A stretch of 64,000 nt of DNA from Ramazzottius varieornatus (taxonomy: Eukaryota > Animalia > Tardigrada). Position 1 is the stretch's first letter; the number at the start of each line of letters is the position of its first letter. Where the stretch lies: positions 7,452,149 through 7,516,148 of the forward strand of contig BDGG01000001.1 of NCBI GenBank assembly GCA_001949185.1, read 5' to 3'. Positions 56,309 to 64,000 of this stretch are shown piece by piece. Under the pieces are notes generated by a model. That model searched no databases. It saw only the letters and a list, made by a program, of their open reading frames with translations, and was not told the DNA's origin. The position numbers were made by a program, and so were the translations under genes.

Positions 56309-58625
56309 TGCTCCAGTTTTATTTCACAAACTGAAACGACAGAGAGGTAGAGGAGAGTTTTCTCTATCGACTGGGATAGACCAGGCCGGCAGAAAAAAAT
56401 CCTGGAAGACACAACAGGAAGCGGAAGTGACGTCAGAATCTGGGCGGAACATGGTAAAGATAGAGACCATCTAGGAACACAAGTTTTACAGAAATGATAT
56501 CTCTCGTAAAAATGATGGAAGCACAATGGAGCCTTACACCAGCCACACTTCAACAGCAACGAGCGGTTACAGTCAAGACGGTCACAAGGACCAACTAGTC
56601 CATCAAAACAAAATTTCGCAGGATTTACGTACTTGTAAGACCTATCAATATATCCAGACAAATGCCAGGCTTGTGCGATGAGATTTTCAAACCTACGAGA
56701 AGTGAAATGCTGATAGATCAGCGAATTCAGCTCGAGAATAACGTCCCGATGGTGAACCTGTACAGGTTGATCGTTCAGAAATATCCAATTTGACACCTTT
56801 CGAAAGTATCCTTTGTACATCCGGAAACACAGCACATCTAGAGGCTGGATCTGGCCGGTGACTTGGGGAGGAATCGTGATCATCTCGTACTCCAGTTCCT
56901 CTGGCTTGACTTTCTCTACAGCTTTTTGATCGGCAACGTCGGCCAAGAATCTGCCAGGAACAAGCAATATCCGTCCATTTTTGGGAAGGAAACCTTTTCG
57001 CACCATTCGACGAAAAGCTCCTTTGTCAATTTGCCGGATGTTGATGCGGTAATGTGAAGGTTGCTCGCTCTAAACATCGTTCTTTTCACGATCGGCCCGG
57101 AGACACGTTTATCTTCCTGCAGTGTAATGAAAAGAACGGGAAGATACTTTCGAGCACCTGGAGAGACACACATCATCACAGTGTAACTGTGAGTCATGGA
57201 ATTCTCAGACCGAGTGAGAGCAAGAACGTGCTTTGCGCCCATCAAATCCAAAGTCCGACCTGGCCTCATCTCGTATTCGAATCCAGACTGATCAGCGTTC
57301 CAGAGGCAGTCCAGTCCATATGCTTGAATCCTTGATCTGACGAGAGCAACGCACTCGTCGGCACTCTTCTTTCTATCTGGTTCTTCCTGCAGATACTTCT
57401 CTGTCACGAACTTGGTGATTTTGCGGTCGCAGATACTGTAGTACCTAAACCGCCAATTAGTTAGTTGAGGAATATTGACAACAAAACGTTCACTCAGGCG
57501 TCCCTATCACCAAATAAAATTAAAACACGATATGGCACTTACCGCTTACCCAATAAGACGACGCTACAAAACCAGGAAGGCCGATCTCGCGATTCGCGGT
57601 GACAGCCCATCGCCGGATGTCTATGTCCTTCACTACGTGAGGCTTCTGCTTGGAAAAAAAGAACTGTCTTCCAGTCACCAGTCGTAACGCCTTCAGCTTA
57701 TCGATACGCGAACCACCGTCTTCTACCTGCCGCTCCCATTCATTGAGCTGACGCACACTGGTAACTTTCTTGAATAAGACTTGAACACTTGACAGACTAC
57801 GTCGCTTCTTTGTGATGGCATTACTCCAGAATTGTAAGGCGCGTTTCTCGTGATCGAGATCAGCTGCTTGGCTCGACGGCACTTTTGGATCGAGAATTCT
57901 AGGCACAAATAGCTCATGCGATGAAGGTTCAGTTGCGCTTGAGTCAGGTTCTCCGAGGCGATCGTTTGGGGTTGGCTCAGAATCAGCTTCGCGATGTCCA
58001 GTCAACGGGCTGTTTTCTGCGACAGACTTTTCAACTCTTCGAACGTCGGCATACTGATCTGTAGCTCGTACTGAAGATCATCCTCGATGGTCAAGATCGG
58101 ACTTCCAGCTTAGTTGATGTGAATATCCAGGAAGTCTGCAAGCGAATGATGGATTCGGATAGGCTTCAAGTGTATACCTTATCAACAAGCCTACCATACC
58201 TTTGATGAATGCTTTGAGCAACTTGTCATGGTCACTTGGGGAGTCGTTGGGTTGAAAATCCTGTTCATAGTCCATCTCCAAAAGCATTAGGATGCTCAAG
58301 GGGTCAATAGAACCCATGTCTGCGATAACAGGAGAGAAAACGAGAAAAGAGAACGAAGTTTGACACAACAATGAAAACTAGTGATCAGCTGCTCTTCTAC
58401 CCATATAGTGTTACAGACCAATCAAATAGTGAATCAACCAGCACACAAATTACTTGACTGATGCCGATGTTCCGCCCAGATTTTGACGTCACTTCCGCTT
58501 CCTGTTGTCTTCCAGGATTTTTTTCTGCCGGCCTGGTCTATCCCAGTCGATAGAGAAAACTCTCCTCTACCTCTCTGTCGTTTCAGTTTGTGAAATAAGA
58601 CTGGAGCATTGGCTGAATCCCCTCG
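56309..58625 (-). mobile_element. Tc4/Tc5-type transposon, copy 2 (diverged subfamily), defective
   Basis: ~145-bp TIRs, with the left one truncated at its outer end. Transposase 58317 to ~56470 has the same two intron positions as copy 1, WNADQSG/LADSW/QPLDV and CGWCKAPLCFHHF, plus a stop and frameshifts. Confidence 0.9.
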
Positions 58626-59745
58626 TGAGATGCGCATTCGGGTTGTCCCAAAAGGGCAAATAGTTTCGTGAGACTCCTCTCCGTGGCGAAGCTAACGCTC
58701 CATGCCCTTGAATATTGTCAACACCTCCATGCCGAAAAAGGGTCGTTCGGGGTCAGTAGAGTTGTTCCGCAAATTGCGCAGGCCGACACCTATATCAAAC
58801 TTATAAATATGTGCTACCGTAACATTGTATTTAGGTACGACACTGCTTGGAAGAAGTTTACCACGTTTTTTAGATACAGTAGCGAGGTTAAGCAAGTTTC
58901 ACTAACTGCGTCAGGTAAAAGGGTCACTGTAATTGCGTTGCGTGGTTCTCCAGTCTGGGTCCGACCCCCACAATAACTCGACAGCCACACGATTACTTAA
59001 TCGGAGGACCAGAAAGTAGAGCAGTCATTATGGTCAAACTGACTTGCAGTGTCTCGATGGATGGGTTGGTTCTTGCACTTCAAGATTCACTTGTAATTTG
59101 GTACACGAACGACGGATATTATGGGCCACTAAAAATTACGGAGCAGGCCCTTTCGGTACGGCGGCACGTGCACGTGATTCTTGTTGCAAGTAAAAACCAA
59201 CCCCGAAGGCTGGACTGCTGTACGTACGTGCTGGATATTGGGCCGAAGCTTGGCATATTTTTTATGGCAGTTAGATCCCCATTTTAACGGAACACGCACA
59301 CCTTCAACAGTTCAAGCTGGTCCAAGGCTTCTCCGGGAGAAAGTTGACAGCAGCGTTGAAGCGTTAGGATAAAACAGCTGATTAGCCGATGGCCAAAGTC
59401 CATGACAATTTTCTACGGTTGAATTTTACTACGTGTCGTCATTTGTCCGGTTTCTTTTTCCGACTACCATACAATTGCAAATTTGCCGTCTTTTCCGCCT
59501 GGCCCGTAATTTCTACTGGCCCATGGTATCCCGTCGTTCGTGCACTCACCGTACTGAGTCTGGATGATGTCGTAGCACATGGTGCCGACGGGGTGATAAA
59601 GATGTCTAGCTTTACATCACATAATAGTAATAACCTTTATTTTGTTCGAATGCATAGCCAGGCTCTGCGCTGTATGAACAAAATTCGAAAAATATGGCAA
59701 GAGCACCGAGAGAAACGGGATGAAAATTTTAAAAAATAACAAACT

Positions 59746-62688
59746 TCAGACCAGTAGATTTCTGTCAATGTATTTCTTGCACCACATAAATTTAAAAAGA
59801 TGGAGTTTACCGACATAGTTTTTGAAAGACCCAGGGCTGTTCAAGTCTACAAATGAAGGACAAAATAAAGGATCTTTGAGAAGAGCTTCGGCGATGTAAG
59901 CGAAGGAGACGACGGTGGACTCGAGAAGTGCGCGTGAAGAGGGGGCCATCGAGACTGGGGACAGCATCATGGCTTTATCGTGGCTCCTGGTTCGTAGATT
60001 CGGGCTTGGCTGGACACTCTTCATCAGCTGTTCTGCGTTTGCGAAGGTACCGTTCCATATGTTGTAGGCCGTTTCCAGAATGTTCTCGCAGCGGCGGTGC
60101 CACAGTGGCTTCCATCCAACTTCACTGAGGTGCTGGAGGTATCGACTGAAGTCTGGGTCGTGGCTTTGGTCCTCTTTGTCGGCTGGGCTTAGACGGATGC
60201 TCTGTAGAAATTTCTTCTGTATCGACTCCAGCTGCCTCTGCAATCTCTTAGTACATAGTCCGCGACTGATCGCACTAAACCGCTAAACAGGAGCTGCTTC
60301 ACCGCGCCATAGCGCTTCGGGAAGAAACGTTGATAGCGTACAGCCTTTGTCTGCACTTCGCTGTAACTTGGTCCACCTGAGCCATCCAGTCCATCTTGCT
60401 TGAAATCTTGACACCAAGGCACTCTGCTTCGTTCTCAGTCGGGATGACTTTATTGTCGATCGTGTAGCTGCCACTAGGATTTTCTACCTTTTTTTTCTAG
60501 TTCGATATTCGGAGGTGTTGGGATTTTCCAGGATTGATCTCCAGCCCGGTCTCTTTGCACCACTCTTCCAGTCGATCTAGGTCTTGTTGAAGTGCTGTGC
60601 AGTCTTCGTTGTTCTCGATGGCCCGCCACAAGACGATGTCGTCCGCGTACTGCATGACGAAGCACCAGAGCTTTTTTGCCAGGCTGTTAATGAATAATAA
60701 TAATAATGAAGAGCGTTGGGCCGAGAATTGACTCGTGTGGGACGCCAGAAGGGGCAGCACGCTCTGTGGAGAAATGACCATCAATCACTACTCTTTGGCT
60801 TCTTCCTCGGAGGTAGTCGGACAGGAGATCTTTGAGTCCTCCTTCAACTCCATGACTCGACAGACTTGCTACGATGGTGGAATGGGGAAGCTTGTCGAAG
60901 GCTTTTGAGCAATCCAGAAAGACTGCATCTACTTCTTCTCTCCTCAGCAAAGCTTGGCTGCAGTGGTGGGCCATAAGGAGCAGCTGCATTTCGTTGGATC
61001 TTCTTCTCCGGAAACCAAACTGCGAATCTGAAAGCAAGCCATGAGAGTTCAAATAGTTGGTTAAGTGGTTCGCTAGGATCTTTTCAAAGAGCTTGGTCAG
61101 CGGTGGAACGGAACTGCGAGTATCCCTTCTTCGGTACAGGCACCACGTCGGCTTGCTTCCAGGCTGTTGGATACTGTTTGCTGTTCACTTTCAAGTTGAG
61201 GAGTCGAGACAAAGGATAGGACGTCCCAGCGATCTTGAGTAGGCGATTGGTGATGGGGAAGCTGTCGGATGCTTTAGAGGAGTCGAGTCGTCGTAGTTGT
61301 TCAAGGATCAGTGGCGTGATGATGCGGAGTGGTGGGCAGTGCGGTGTCTTTGGAGACTGGACACGAATCGTCTCGCCACAGGAATGTGCTGGTGGTAGGC
61401 AGTGCTGTGAACAGGCAATGTAGACTTGCGCGAATTCTTTGCTGATAAATTCTGCTTTCTCTGGAGGATGGACAATGTACCTTTCGTCTTCGCCAGGAAC
61501 GGGGTTCGAGGGGATGGGAGTGTTGCTAGTTTTCTTCTTGATGTGCTCCCAGACTGCGCGGGGGTTTCTTCGGGACTGAGTGGCGATGTTGCGGAGACGA
61601 CGGTGCTTCTCTGACTGAATTATCCTCCGCTTGCTGGCTTTAAGCTCCTTCCAACGTAAGAAATCTACTTGATCCTTTGTCCTTCTCCATTGCTTGTAGG
61701 CAATTCCACATCTTCGTAGGCTATCAATAGCCCTTTCGGAGAGGGAAGGTCGATGAAGGCGTTGGGCTCCGACAGACCTCAGCTGAAAAGTACTCTTAGC
61801 AGCAGCGTCGAACTTATCCTGAAAGACTGAAACAGCAACGTCAACATTGCACATTACATCAAAGATCGATCCCCAATCAGTCGAAGACAGAGTCTCCTTG
61901 AAGAAGATGATCTTGTCCCCATCGATCTTCCACACTGGCTTTGGCTTAGGCTCGAAATTTGGTGTCCACAGCAGTAGCTTGGTTTCTATCGCTCGATGGT
62001 CACATTTGGAAGAAGTTGGGAGAACGACACGGGTGTTTCGGACGAAACCAAGCTGGGTAACGAAGATTTGTTCGAGCGATGATGAGCTTTTTCCGCGAAT
62101 GCGAGTGTCGCCTCTCACATTCTGCCAGAGCTTGATTTCTTTCTTCAGGGAAATCAGGTCACGGTCTCTCGCCGATTTTCCATTCGAGTCCCCTTCCCAC
62201 TGGATCTTCGGGCAGTTGAAATCTCCTACGATGATGAGGTTACGACGTAGGAATGGTGGGACATGCTCCATCGACGAGCGAAGCTTAGTGAATACGTCAG
62301 CGTCGTAGCTTGGTGCATAGATGACTCCGATCAGAACGTTCAAACGTAAACATATCAGCTTGATCCACATTACTTCCAGTCCATCCACTTCCAGGCTTGT
62401 CATTCTGAGAGCTTGCAGATCTTTCTTCACGACAATGGCAACTCCACCACTCTTCTCCTTCTGACAACCTTCTCGATCTTTGCGGAAGAGGACGTATTGG
62501 TCGAGGTCGGCAATCATACAATCAGGCGTTGACTGGTCTGCCCAAGTTTCGACCAGCGCGACGATATCCGCCTTCTTTTCTCGCATCCACCTCTTGATCA
62601 CCTCGCTCTTGCTCCTGATGCCATTGACGTTTCCATAGAGGAATGACAGCTTCTTCCCGATTCCACCTGTAAACTTGAGTGGAGGCAT
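59746..62688 (-). mobile_element. Non-LTR retrotransposon (CR1/L2-like), APE endonuclease plus reverse transcriptase, decayed
   Basis: GNVNG, VETW, GGVA, GDFN, CDH (endonuclease). QFGFR, FLDCSKAFD, SGVPHESILGP, QYADD, LQQDLDRL (RT). Multiple frameshifts. Confidence 0.92.
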
Positions 62689-63253
62689 CGAATAAAAATT
62701 CGAATAAAAGGGTAAAAACGAATAAAAATTAAAAAAAAATTGCTGGACATGGCCGATGGGAACATGCTGGGCTCCTCACATATGACAGGTTGAACAAATG
62801 CAGGATTCGCGCTAGTATAACACACATATAAATATGGTGGTGGAAAACGAACATATAATATATATTACAGTGCTGATCAGGACTCGCTTCGCTCGTCCTT
62901 TAAAGGTCTGTCGAAAAGTCAATGTGTGTCGCAAATGGTGAAGCTTTCTAATATCGCAAACTCCGTTATGTAAAACGATGCGCGAGTTGACCGGGGTTGC
63001 CAAAAACGTTTTATTCGCAATCCTAAGCAAACTCCATATGCCTGTCACAAAGGGAGCATTGAGAAAACCATCCGACCACGAGAAAGACTGCCAGTTTTCA
63101 GAAATCTTCCGCAAAAAACATTGGCAACAACGGGGAGAGGGGTAAGGGGAAAGGGGGAAACGGAAAGCGGAAAGGGGAAAGGTGGTTCAGTGGACAGAAG
63201 AGCCTGATCCGTCATCCTCCTCATTTGTTTGCTCTTTTGCTGTTATCGCATTC

Positions 63254-63288
63254 GCTCGGCCTTCCCAGTGGTCAGGACCACTAGCTAG
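63254..63288 (+). mobile_element. Second Helitron-like 3' terminus
   Basis: GCTCGGCCTTCCCAGTGGTCAGGACCACTAGCTAG|T is near-identical to 53129-53163. Confidence 0.6.
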
Positions 63289-63410
63289 TTTACAGTACTC
63301 CCCATCTATTGCATGTGGTCCCACAAAACGGTCTCTGGTAATGCTCGTTGTTGACATTGATAATTCGTCGTGAGTGCCATTCCACCGCAGAGGGTGAACA
63401 CTTGCGGGAC

Positions 63411-63498
63411 GAAGGAAGGAAATTTATTAGCCTCGACAATCTAGTCAACGGCCTCCTCGATGTTCAGAGGAATTACCAAAACTATATCAGGTATAAAA
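63411..63498 (+). repeat. Dispersed ~90-bp duplicate of 19313-19400
   Basis: Both read EGRKFISLDNLVNGL(I/L)DVQRNYQ..IRYK with few mismatches. Confidence 0.9.
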
Positions 63499-64000
63499 GA
63501 CTGCAAGGCACTGTGCGGCGGGACCTGGTTGGATTACCGATGGGTGACGGACGGCACCAGTAACGTGACTAAGTCCTGCCGTCTCTTTGTGTCCGTCATG
63601 ACTCATCTGGGATCCGAATAGCTCTTACTGAATCTTACGATCACATTCCAGCCCTTACATATTTGAAGATCTGCTTTACGGCTTCCGTTTTGTGTGCCGT
63701 CGGCCATACCGATTACGCGGCAAAGAGACGCAGGAAGTGACTTGTTACTGAAATCCTCGACAGAGCAGATGTAGCTCGGCTGTACAAATGGCTTTGCCGG
63801 CTTTCAGTCAACTTGGCGTACGACTCCGCCAGCTGTTTGACATAACGGATAGCCGGACTCAGCAAATAGCTTTGATTGGTTTTTGAACACCAGATTACAA
63901 TGAATTACGATCTTAATAAACATAACACGATCTTACGCGATGTAATATGTAATAAATAGCTGAAATATAATTTCCGGGTAGTTTCTATAGCACACATCAG

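Noticed and set aside
58692-58895. LRNLRNN..RPFFG resembling a Pif1 motif
   Set aside because: The following GDxxQLPP motif is absent, so the match is too weak.

Overview
Eukaryotic (animal) genomic DNA with compact, intron-rich genes; many introns are only ~55-110 nt and almost all are GT-AG. Gene content and compactness suggest an ecdysozoan invertebrate such as a tardigrade (inference, not verified). Most ORF-track entries are exon fragments or noise, so genes were rebuilt by hand across splice sites. Genes in order: 3' end of an acetylcholinesterase (+), SLC26 anion transporter (-), a second complete acetylcholinesterase (-), peptide-type GPCR, GT11 fucosyltransferase, stand-alone PAW-domain gene, NAXD, espin/forked-like gene, Ly6/three-finger GPI protein, NRY-type GPCR, HMG-CoA lyase, FAM8A1, CRIPT and a FAM227-like gene. 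Mobile DNA: two Tc4/Tc5-type transposons (one with a TCA duplication in a CTCAG target, nested in a hAT MITE), a pogo-like element, mariner-type MITEs, a short Helitron-like insert with a Pif1 relic, a foldback element and a decayed CR1-like LINE. The most striking unexplained signal is a ~120-130 bp hairpin family (core AAGTGGCGCAC-N22-25-GTGCGCCACTT). It occurs as 14 cores at 11 loci, every one inside an intron, and the two arms of individual copies appear to co-vary. Both cholinesterases also end in a hidden WAT tetramerisation exon, and one of them terminates in HEDL.
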